Notes under the pieces: model-generated
What the model was told of the DNA's origin: nothing
Database searches by the model: none
The model's input: only the letters and a program-made list of their open reading frames with translations
Assembly (NCBI GenBank): GCA_964483785.1
Contig: CAZACW010000002.1
Location: forward strand, 16,666 to 80,665
DNA from: an uncultured Planctomycetales bacterium
GTDB taxonomy: Bacteria; Omnitrophota; Gorgyraeia; Zapsychrales; Fredricksoniimonadaceae
DNA: 64,000 bases
Direction of reading: 5' to 3'
Part shown: piece by piece, positions 56,453-64,000 of the stretch
How positions within the stretch are numbered: position 1 is the first letter of the stretch
Layout of the letters: the number at the start of each line of letters is the position of its first letter
Translations under genes and position numbers: made by a program

Positions 56453-57250
56453 TTGGGGGGGTTGGGGTTGGGTAATGCGAACATTAAATACTCCGGTCTT
56501 GGGCTTGCGCAGTTTTTTACGGGGTATAGGGATAAATGGGAGGATTTTTATCCTTCTGAGCATTGGGCCTTTGAAAAGATCATTGCTATACGGAAAACGT
56601 TCGGCCGCGTCCTGGATGTGGGCTGCGGGATGGGGGGGCTGGGCTTAGGCCTGTCCAGCCGCTGTCCAATGCGGTCCTATCTTGGGGTGGACATCAATGC
56701 CCAGGTGATTGCAGCGGCCCAGACACTCAAAGCCCGCTTTAAGGTCCCTGCGCAATTCAAATGCTGCGATATTCTCGAGGCCAAGGGGGTCCCCAAGGCA
56801 GCCTTTGATACGGTCTTTTCCTTAAGCTGTGCGGACTGGAACATTGAGACCGGCAAAATCATCGGACGCTGCTGGCAATATGTCAAACCCGGCGGATTTT
56901 TTGTGATCTCTTTAAGGCTTTCACCGGGGCCGGGGATCAATAATATCAAAAAAAGTTATCAGCCCTTTGCCTGGGACGAAAAGGGCAGGCCGGCGGAAAT
57001 CGCCAATTATGTTGTTTTTAATGCAGGGGCATTTTGGCGGATGGTGGAAGGGTTTCAACCGAGACCTTCCCATGTTTACGGCTACGGCTACTGGGGGCCG
57101 CCGTCCAAAACAGCTGTTACGCCGTATAAGAAATTAGTTTTTGGGGTTATCGTCATTCAGAAAATTTTATCGAGGGCCAGGCCGGGCCCCATTGAAGCCC
57201 ATTTGAATTTTCCGTTGGACCTTTTTCATCACGCGCAAGGACAAACATGA
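56453..57250 (+). CDS. Class I SAM-dependent methyltransferase
   Basis: VLDVGCGMGGLG motif. The start is uncertain (non-ATG). A TATAAT-containing region lies at 56430-56445. Confidence 0.55.
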   Translation: MGGLGLGNANIKYSGLGLAQFFTGYRDKWEDFYPSEHWAFEKIIAIRKTFGRVLDVGCGMGGLGLGLSSRCPMRSYLGVDINAQVIAAAQTLKARFKVPAQFKCCDILEAKGVPKAAFDTVFSLSCADWNIETGKIIGRCWQYVKPGGFFVISLRLSPGPGINNIKKSYQPFAWDEKGRPAEIANYVVFNAGAFWRMVEGFQPRPSHVYGYGYWGPPSKTAVTPYKKLVFGVIVIQKILSRARPGPIEAHLNFPLDLFHHAQGQT

Positions 57251-58317
57251 TTGAACCGAAAAAACATCTGAAAGAACTGACACGGACACCCATCACGCCG
57301 GAAGACCGCATCGGCCGGGTGCACCGCTTAGACCGCAACGAGCGCACAACGCCTTTTCCTAAGGAACATTTACAGAATATTCTAAGCTCCATCACCGTCG
57401 ATGAAATGGTGGCCTATCCTGAAGTGGAGCCTTTTTACCATAAGCTGGCCGACTGGCTGAAGGTCAAACGGGAAGAATTGCTGGTGGCCAGCGGCTCGGA
57501 CACCTCGATCAAGATGGTCTTTGAAGTCTATGTGCAGGAAGGGGACGAGGTGGTGGTGATTTCCCCCACCTACGGCATGTACGTGGTGTATTGCCGGATG
57601 TTCGGCGCCAAGGCCGTGGAAATTTTTTATAACCCGGATTTGTCCCTTCCCATCGAACGTGTCCTCTCTGCCATAACGCCTAAGACAAAACTCGTGACCA
57701 TTGCCAACCCGAACCACACCGGCACCGTGATCCCCGAGGAGGATTTGATCCGGGTGATCAAGGCCGCCCACCAGGTCAATGCCCTGGTCCTGATCGATGA
57801 GGCTTATTATCATTTTTATCCTCAGACCATGGCCGGCCATATCCATCAATATGATAACCTGATCATCATCCGCACCTTTTCCAAGGGCTTCGGCATTGCG
57901 CCCTTGCGCGTCGGCTACACCATCAGCAATACCGAAATCATCCAACAGCTTTACAAGGTCAAGCAGACCCATGATATCACCGTGGTCTCAGCCAAGGCCG
58001 GCGCCTATCTGCTGGACCATCTGCAGATCATGACCGATTATGTCCAGGAGGTTGACCGGGCCAAGGCAGTTTTATACAAGCGCCTGCCGGCCATGGGATT
58101 TGACGTGCTGCATAGCCATGCGAATTTTGTCTTTTTCAAATGCCCCTCGGGGACCGACGGCAAAAAACTTTTGGCTGATCTACAGGACATGCATATCATC
58201 CTCAAAGGGCCTTTTAACCAGTCCCCTTTCACCGGCCATTTGCGGGTCACGGTGGGCAGTGTCGAGCAGATGAACATGGTCTGTGACCAGATCCAACAAC
58301 TGATACGAAAGGCATGA
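57247..58317 (+). CDS. Class II PLP aminotransferase (HisC/CobD-like)
   Basis: Fold-type I aminotransferase pattern, including the PLP-lysine region IIRTFSKGFG. Confidence 0.7.
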   Translation: MIEPKKHLKELTRTPITPEDRIGRVHRLDRNERTTPFPKEHLQNILSSITVDEMVAYPEVEPFYHKLADWLKVKREELLVASGSDTSIKMVFEVYVQEGDEVVVISPTYGMYVVYCRMFGAKAVEIFYNPDLSLPIERVLSAITPKTKLVTIANPNHTGTVIPEEDLIRVIKAAHQVNALVLIDEAYYHFYPQTMAGHIHQYDNLIIIRTFSKGFGIAPLRVGYTISNTEIIQQLYKVKQTHDITVVSAKAGAYLLDHLQIMTDYVQEVDRAKAVLYKRLPAMGFDVLHSHANFVFFKCPSGTDGKKLLADLQDMHIILKGPFNQSPFTGHLRVTVGSVEQMNMVCDQIQQLIRKA

Positions 58318-59333
58318 TGAAGGCAGCCATCATAGGCCTGGGTTGGCAGGGGATGCGGCATTACCAGGCCCTGAAAGAATTAGGCGTCGAGCTGGCCTGT
58401 GTCGTGGACCTTAATCCCGAGGCCGCGGCCAAAAGGGTCCCTGAATTTCCGGCCGAGCGTATCTATACCAAGGCTGAGGAGGCTTTTCAAGCGCATGCTC
58501 CTGACGCGGTCATCATCGCCACGCACAGCGCGGCCCGCCTCCAGGCCGTGCGTGATACCCTGGCGGCCGGCGTCAAAAAGATTTTTTTGGAAAAGCCCAT
58601 GGCCACGACGTACAAGGACTGCCTGCAGATGAAGCGCCTGGCCCGTGAGGCAGGGTGTTTGCTGGTCGTCAATCATTTGCGCAGGTTCAGTCCCAATTAT
58701 CATCAGTTAAAGCAGGTCATTGCACAAGGGGCGATCGGCAAGGTCCGGCATCTGTATGCCCAGGCCGGTTCCGTGGGTTTGGGCAATGAAGGCACGCATA
58801 TCATCGACAAAATGCGTTTTTGTCTGGATGCGGACATAGCCTGGGTCATGGGATTCGTGGACCAAACCGGGACGCCCAATCCCCGCGGCCCCCAGTACAA
58901 AGACCCGGGCGGCTGGGGCATGATGCAGTTTAAGGACGGCACGCGCGCCTTTATCGACACCTGCGAAGACACGGGGGTTCCGCCGGTATTGGAGATTGTG
59001 GGCACCTACGGCCGGATCATCATCGAGGAATTGAACAATCATTGGGCGATTTTGGCCCGCGGCGCAGAAGACCGTAATCTGCCGCTGACCAAAATTTTGA
59101 CGCCCCTTAAGGCCGTGCCGGTTTTTCCCACCCTGCCGTGGGACGTGAAGGAATTTACCAAGATGGGCCTGCAAGAATTGATTTTCCACAATAAGGTCAG
59201 CTGCAGCGCCGAGGACGGCTGTCACGCGATCGAGGCTGTGGTGGCTCTGCACGCTTCGCACCAAAAGGGCGGCCGCAAAATCGACCTGCCCTTAGCCGAA
59301 GAATTCCACGCCTTGGAGGTGGCCTGGGCATGA
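58314..59333 (+). CDS. Gfo/Idh/MocA-family oxidoreductase
   Basis: The N-terminal AIIGLGWQGMRH motif matches the family pattern. Confidence 0.75.
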   Translation: MMKAAIIGLGWQGMRHYQALKELGVELACVVDLNPEAAAKRVPEFPAERIYTKAEEAFQAHAPDAVIIATHSAARLQAVRDTLAAGVKKIFLEKPMATTYKDCLQMKRLAREAGCLLVVNHLRRFSPNYHQLKQVIAQGAIGKVRHLYAQAGSVGLGNEGTHIIDKMRFCLDADIAWVMGFVDQTGTPNPRGPQYKDPGGWGMMQFKDGTRAFIDTCEDTGVPPVLEIVGTYGRIIIEELNNHWAILARGAEDRNLPLTKILTPLKAVPVFPTLPWDVKEFTKMGLQELIFHNKVSCSAEDGCHAIEAVVALHASHQKGGRKIDLPLAEEFHALEVAWA

Positions 59334-60115
59334 GAGACGAGTATAAAAACAAAAAGGTGGTCGGCGTCATTCCGGCGAGAATGGCGTCTTCGCGTTTTCA
59401 CGGTAAGCCCCTGGCCAAGATCCTGGGCAAGGAAATGGTCCAATGGGTCTATGAGATCTGCATGGGCTGCAAGCTCTTGAAAGAGGTCTATGTGGCCACG
59501 GACCATGAGGATATCCGCCGGTTTTGCGCAGATAAGGGCATCCGCCATCTGATGACCGCTGAAGAACATAAAAACTGCTCGGAACGCTCCAATGAGGTGT
59601 GCCAGAGATTGAAAGCGGATTATGTGGTGGAAATCCAGGGTGATGAGCCGACCTTGCTTCCGTCGGACATTGATGATTTCATCGACCGCGCCTTTGATTT
59701 CTCTGCCTTCGACATTGTCACCCAATACGCGGACATTACGCAAGACGAGGCCCATGATCCGCATAATGTCAAGATCGTCCTGGGGCAGGAAGGCCGCGCC
59801 CTGTTTTTTTCGCGCTGTCCCGTTCCCTGCAATTTCAAAAAGCGTCAGCCTCAATATTACAAACAGGTGGGCTTGTTTTTATGGCCGGCCGCAGCCATTA
59901 AACGTTTTGCTGAAACACCCAAAAGCTATTTGGAAAGCATCGAAGACACGCACATGCTGCGCATGATCGAAAACGGTTTTGATATCCGCCTCGTGCATAC
60001 CCAGATCAAAAATGTGGGCGTGGATGTGCCGGAAGATGTGCCGGAGGCGGAAGCATTTTTAAGGCAGCGCCAGGCAGCCGGCGCAGGAGCCAAGGACAAA
60101 AGCTATGTCCGATAA
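59330..60115 (+). CDS. kdsB: KdsB-family cytidylyltransferase (CMP-Kdo-synthetase-like)
   Basis: The N-terminal VVGVIPARMASSRFHGKPL segment and the GDEP motif (EIQGDEPTL). Confidence 0.7.
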   Translation: MRDEYKNKKVVGVIPARMASSRFHGKPLAKILGKEMVQWVYEICMGCKLLKEVYVATDHEDIRRFCADKGIRHLMTAEEHKNCSERSNEVCQRLKADYVVEIQGDEPTLLPSDIDDFIDRAFDFSAFDIVTQYADITQDEAHDPHNVKIVLGQEGRALFFSRCPVPCNFKKRQPQYYKQVGLFLWPAAAIKRFAETPKSYLESIEDTHMLRMIENGFDIRLVHTQIKNVGVDVPEDVPEAEAFLRQRQAAGAGAKDKSYVR

Positions 60116-61145
60116 GACCTTCAAATGCGCCATCATCGGTTACGGCTATATGGGCGAAATCCGCCGGGCCGTGATCGAGCGCCATCCCGGTCTTGAGCTG
60201 GTGGGGATCGGCGAGCCTGACCCGCAGATCGCCAAAAAAATCAGCGGCTATCCGGTATTTGAGCATTGGGAAGATCTGCTTAAAAACCCCCTGGACCTGG
60301 TCTTTGTCTGCACGCCCAATATCCATACGCCGGGCACCGTGGTCCGCTGCCTGGAGGCCGGCAAACATGTCTTTTGCGAAAAGCCTCCGGGAAGAAATCT
60401 TCAGGATATCGCCGCTATCCGCCAGGCCGAAGGGAAAGGGAATTTGAAACTGATGTTCGGCTTCAATCACCGCTGGCACCCGGGCATCCTGAAGGCCAAG
60501 GCCATGGTGGACAGCGGCCGTTTCGGACGGATCTTGAACATGCGCGGGCTCTACGGCAAATCCGGCGGGGTGCAGTTCCGTCATTCCTGGAGAAACAACA
60601 AGGACATTGCCGGCGGCGGCATTCTGCTGGACCAGGGCATCCATATGCTGGACTTGTTCCGCTTTTTCGGCGGGGAATACCAGGACATCAAGTGCTCGGC
60701 CTCCAGCGCTTTTTGGCAGTTCGACGTCGAAGACAATGCCTACGTGATTTTGCACAATCCCAACGGCATCAGCGCCACCCTGCATTCCTCAGCCACCTTT
60801 TGGAAACACACCTTTAAAATCGACATCACCTTGGACGGCGGGTATATCACGGTGGAAGGCTTTTTGTCCAAGTCCGGTAGTTACGGCCGCGAGCAATTGG
60901 TCGCGGCCAAACGCCAATTCGAGGACGAGTCCGAGGCCGTGGGCAATCCGGCCGAGGAAATCACCTATTTTGACCGGGACCTCTCCTGGGACCTGGAAGT
61001 CGCTGAATTTGTCAAATGCGTCCAGGAGAACAAACCCGTGGTCTCAGGCTCTTCCCTGGACGCCTACAAGGTCATGGACATCATCACCAAGGCATACCAG
61101 GACGCCGGGGTCCTGGCCGCCCAACCCATCAGGACAAGATCATGA
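60105..61145 (+). CDS. Gfo/Idh/MocA-family oxidoreductase
   Basis: CAIIGYGYMGEIRR motif and the EKP motif (VFCEKPPG). Confidence 0.75.
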   Translation: MSDKTFKCAIIGYGYMGEIRRAVIERHPGLELVGIGEPDPQIAKKISGYPVFEHWEDLLKNPLDLVFVCTPNIHTPGTVVRCLEAGKHVFCEKPPGRNLQDIAAIRQAEGKGNLKLMFGFNHRWHPGILKAKAMVDSGRFGRILNMRGLYGKSGGVQFRHSWRNNKDIAGGGILLDQGIHMLDLFRFFGGEYQDIKCSASSAFWQFDVEDNAYVILHNPNGISATLHSSATFWKHTFKIDITLDGGYITVEGFLSKSGSYGREQLVAAKRQFEDESEAVGNPAEEITYFDRDLSWDLEVAEFVKCVQENKPVVSGSSLDAYKVMDIITKAYQDAGVLAAQPIRTRS

Positions 61146-62149
61146 GAAATATCGTCATTCTGGATGACTTTCATCAAAGCGATTTCAAGCCCGCGGACCT
61201 TTTGAAGCAGTACATGCAGATGCTGTCCACCGACGTGTTCCGGTATCTGGTGGACGGCCAGAAGCTCGTGGAAACATCCTGCCCGGCCTGCGCCAGCGCC
61301 TCCTCGGTCAAGACCTTTGAGCGCTACCGCCTGACCTATCGCCAGTGCCAGGCCTGCGATACCCTCTATATTTCTCCGCGGCCCTCGGATGAACAGATCC
61401 ATCAGTTTTATTTGAACGCGCCCAGCTGCAAGTTTTGGAGGGAACAGCTCTCCGAAGCTTCGCGCGTCAAGCGCACGGAAAAAATCATCAAGCCCCGCCT
61501 GGAATGGGTGCTGGATTCCGCGGCGGAATATTGCCCCGCGGCCAAACATTGGGCGGACATTCACGCGGCCCAGTGGCGCTATGTGCAGGCCATGGCCGAA
61601 GCCTCCAGGCTCACGCATAAAACCCTGGTCAATCCCTATTGCCAGCTTAAAAGTACGGAAGGGATGGCGGTGGTCCGGGAGCCCTGGTGGCAGGCCGCCT
61701 TGTCCCAGCCGGCGGATATCGTCACGATTTTTGAGATCATAGACCAGGCGTCCAGGCCGTCGGACCTGCTGGCCTCGGTCAGGAACATGCTTGCCAGCGG
61801 CGGGCTGTGTTTTATGACCTGCATTCTTGCCTCGGGGTTTGATGTCAAGGAATTGGGCGTCAATGCGCAGAACATTTATCCGCCGGACCGGCTCAATTGT
61901 TTTTCCGTCAAAGGGATCAAGTCCCTGATCGACCGCCACGGCTTTGAGTGCTTGGAGCTTAGCACGCCGGGCATCCTGGACATCGAGATCGTGGCCAAGG
62001 CCTTGAAGGACAATCCTCAGCTGGCACTTTCGGCCTTTATCAAGGATTTGGTGCTGAATCAGCCGGATGAAGTCAAACGTTCCTTCCAGGAATTTTTGCA
62101 GGCCAATTTGCTCAGTTCCTATGGACGGATTTTAATCAGGAAAATTTAA
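61142..62149 (+). CDS. Methyltransferase-like protein with an N-terminal zinc ribbon (CPAC...CQAC)
   Basis: Two CxxC pairs are followed by a Rossmann-like core. Its ATGA start overlaps the upstream stop. Confidence 0.45.
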   Translation: MRNIVILDDFHQSDFKPADLLKQYMQMLSTDVFRYLVDGQKLVETSCPACASASSVKTFERYRLTYRQCQACDTLYISPRPSDEQIHQFYLNAPSCKFWREQLSEASRVKRTEKIIKPRLEWVLDSAAEYCPAAKHWADIHAAQWRYVQAMAEASRLTHKTLVNPYCQLKSTEGMAVVREPWWQAALSQPADIVTIFEIIDQASRPSDLLASVRNMLASGGLCFMTCILASGFDVKELGVNAQNIYPPDRLNCFSVKGIKSLIDRHGFECLELSTPGILDIEIVAKALKDNPQLALSAFIKDLVLNQPDEVKRSFQEFLQANLLSSYGRILIRKI

Positions 62150-62150
62150 C

Positions 62151-62759
62151 ATGGACTATATCCGGCGTTATCTTCAAGAAGCAGGGCAGATTTTAAACAG
62201 CATCGACCAGCAGCGGATCGAGCAGATGATTGAAATCTTGCTCGGCGTGCGCGCGCAAGGGGGCCGCTTGTTTTTTTTGGGCGTGGGCGGCAGCGCCGGC
62301 AACTGTTCGCACGCGGTGAATGATTTCCGCAAGATCGGCGGCTTTGAGGCCTACACGCCGGCGGACAATGTCTCGGAATTGACGGCCCGCACCAATGATG
62401 AGGGCTGGGACACCGCCTTTGCCGCCTGGCTCAAAGGCTCGCGCCTGCGCGCGGGCGACTGCGTCTGGGTCTTTTCCGTCGGCGGGGGCAGCCGGGAGAA
62501 AAACGTGAGCGCCAATTTGGTCTATGCCCTGGATTACGCCAAGGCCCAGAAGGCCAAAATCATCGGCGTGGTGGGCCGCGACGGAGGCTACACGGCCAAG
62601 CTCGCCGATGCCTGCGTGATCGTCCCTCCGGCGGCCGCGGACACCGTCACGCCGCACGCGGAATCTTTTCAGGCCGTGATCTGGCACTTGATCGTTTCCG
62701 AGCCGCGGATCATGCAGATGAGCAATAAATGGGAATCCTTGGGCGTTTCCCCACGATAG
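62151..62759 (+). CDS. gmhA: Phosphoheptose (sedoheptulose-7-phosphate) isomerase, SIS domain
   Basis: RLFFLGVGGSAGNCSHAVND is the SIS-domain signature of GmhA. Confidence 0.8.
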   Translation: MDYIRRYLQEAGQILNSIDQQRIEQMIEILLGVRAQGGRLFFLGVGGSAGNCSHAVNDFRKIGGFEAYTPADNVSELTARTNDEGWDTAFAAWLKGSRLRAGDCVWVFSVGGGSREKNVSANLVYALDYAKAQKAKIIGVVGRDGGYTAKLADACVIVPPAAADTVTPHAESFQAVIWHLIVSEPRIMQMSNKWESLGVSPR

Positions 62760-62767
62760 GAGTTGCG

Positions 62768-63445
62768 ATGGCTATATTTTTAGACAGCAGCAAACTGGAA
62801 GAGATTAAAAAATACAAGGCCATGGGCATTGTACGGGGCATCACCACCAACCCTTCCATTTTATGGAAGGAAGGGGTCACCGGCGGCATGGCCGGGGTCA
62901 AGGCCCGCATCATCGAGATCGCCAAGCTGGTGGACCCCTTGCCGGTGTCCACCGAAGTGATGACCAATGACCCGCCAGAGATGATGAAGCAGGCCAGGGA
63001 TTTCGCTTCTTGGGCCCGCAATATCAACGTCAAAATCACCATCCACGGCCCCAACGGCGAGCTGGACAATCTGGCCCTGGTGCATGAGCTGGAAACCAAG
63101 GCCAATATCCGCGTCAATGTCACGGCCATGATGAGCGCCCAGCAATGCCTGCTGGCGGCCCTGGCCGGCGCCTCGTATGTCTCGCTCTTCGCCGGACGCG
63201 TCAACAATATGGGCTATGACGCAATCCATGAGATCAGGCTTTTGCGGTCCTTGCTGGATGCGCACAAACTCAAGGCCCAGATCATCGCCGCCTCCACCCG
63301 CGAGATTTTGAATGTGGTGCAATGGCTGGAGGCCGGGGCGCATATCGTCACCGTCCTGCCTGCTTTTCTCGACGGCATGATCGTGCACCCGTATTCCAAG
63401 GAAACCGTCAAGATGTTCTTAGAGGATGCCGCTAAAAACAAATAA
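62768..63445 (+). CDS. Transaldolase / fructose-6-phosphate aldolase family (short TalC/FSA type)
   Basis: The N-terminal AIFLDSS..EEIKKY...GITTNPS segment. The ATG is preceded by an SD-like GGAG. Confidence 0.75.
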   Translation: MAIFLDSSKLEEIKKYKAMGIVRGITTNPSILWKEGVTGGMAGVKARIIEIAKLVDPLPVSTEVMTNDPPEMMKQARDFASWARNINVKITIHGPNGELDNLALVHELETKANIRVNVTAMMSAQQCLLAALAGASYVSLFAGRVNNMGYDAIHEIRLLRSLLDAHKLKAQIIAASTREILNVVQWLEAGAHIVTVLPAFLDGMIVHPYSKETVKMFLEDAAKNK

Positions 63446-64000
63446 TGCCGTTTGCCAGCGTTACCGCGCCCTCATCCTGGATTTTGACGGTGTTTTAGTC
63501 GAGTCGAATGCCGTCAAGGACAAGGCCTTTGCCCTGGTCTTCGCGGATCATCCCGGACATTTGCAAGAGATCATGGAGTATCACCGCGGGACCAGTTTGA
63601 TCCGGTTTGAGAAATTCCGCCATATCGTTGAAAACATCTTGAGGCGGCCGTATACGCCCCAGCTGCAGGATGAACTGGCCGCTCAATTTTCACAGTATTG
63701 CATCCAGGAAGTTTCAGCCTGTCCCTGGGTCAAAGGCGCGGCGGAATTCCTGGAGGCCTTTTCCCGGCACAGGCCGTTGTACTTAGTCTCCATCAATCCG
63801 ATGGAGGATTTGAAGGAAATATTGGCCCGCCGCGGATTGACGGCGTATTTTAAAAAAGTCTACGCGGCCCGCGCCAGCAAAACGCCCCAGCTTAAGGAAA
63901 TCCTGGCAGAGGAAAACATGGCCTCGAGCGAAGCTGTTTTTATCGGGGATTCCCTCAACGATTATCACAGCGCCCGGGAGGCGGGGATGGATTTTATCGG
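63426..64000 (+). CDS. HAD-superfamily phosphatase (GmhB-like candidate), 3'-partial at the window edge
   Basis: The DxD motif I (ILDFDGVL) lies near the N-terminus and the later GDS.ND motif is also present. The ORF runs off the window end. Confidence 0.6.
   Translation, partial: MPLKTNNAVCQRYRALILDFDGVLVESNAVKDKAFALVFADHPGHLQEIMEYHRGTSLIRFEKFRHIVENILRRPYTPQLQDELAAQFSQYCIQEVSACPWVKGAAEFLEAFSRHRPLYLVSINPMEDLKEILARRGLTAYFKKVYAARASKTPQLKEILAEENMASSEAVFIGDSLNDYHSAREAGMDFI

Noticed and set aside
1-64000. Mobile-element genes (transposase, integrase, recombinase) or tRNA insertion sites flanking the island
   Set aside because: None was found in the window. No ORF shows DDE, tyrosine-recombinase or serine-recombinase motifs, and no tRNA-like cloverleaf was noticed. 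Island boundaries may lie outside the window.

Overview
The window is high-GC bacterial DNA with densely packed, frequently overlapping genes. Positions 1-9.3 kb hold ordinary chromosomal genes. These are two polytopic membrane proteins, a decayed PIN-type toxin-antitoxin remnant, a DUF2442 gene, and a minus-strand operon of a GT-C-like membrane protein with metF and metH. From about 9.6 kb to the window end (over 54 kb) almost everything is on the plus strand. It forms one very large glycan-biosynthesis island. I read three pathways in it. (i) A nonulosonic-acid pathway with legionaminic-acid-type gene content and order: CBS-nucleotidyltransferase, NeuB-like synthase, hydrolysing UDP-GlcNAc 2-epimerase, Gfo/Idh/MocA oxidoreductase, CMP-sugar synthetase and SDR. 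It also carries a HisF/HisH/WbuX acetamidino-forming amidotransferase trio and a DUF115/Maf-like putative transferase. (ii) A nucleotide-heptose / amino-sugar pathway: split transketolase, a reversed-order HldE-like kinase/nucleotidyltransferase fusion, GmhA, transaldolase, a HAD phosphatase, four DegT-family aminotransferases, several NAD-dependent epimerase/dehydratases, a WbuC cupin and a TylC3-like C-methyltransferase. (iii) A second KdsB-like cytidylyltransferase block with a HisC-like aminotransferase and three Gfo/Idh/MocA oxidoreductases. Modification enzymes are unusually numerous: two cobalamin-binding class-B radical-SAM proteins, one SPASM/twitch radical-SAM protein, about five SAM methyltransferases, two hexapeptide acetyltransferases, and a sulfotransferase with its own APS kinase (CysC) and PAP phosphatase (CysQ). 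Export and assembly candidates are an MsbA-like ABC exporter, two large GT-B-like unknowns and two GT-C-like membrane proteins. The feature I think is most novel is a family of 27-nt GC-rich near-palindromes, CCATCACAACCCC(C/G)GGGGTTGTGATGG. They occur as pairs at three module boundaries (9.3/9.5 kb, 21.1 kb, 52.3 kb). One pair is embedded in a larger nested inverted-repeat structure just upstream of a consensus sigma70 promoter, and another overwrites the 3' end of a gene. Other points of interest are a strongly RBS-preceded 57-codon ORF between the amidotransferase and the Maf-like gene, and a large minus-strand unknown gene beside an AT-rich divergent region in the middle of the island. No rRNA, tRNA, CRISPR array, transposase or integrase was found.
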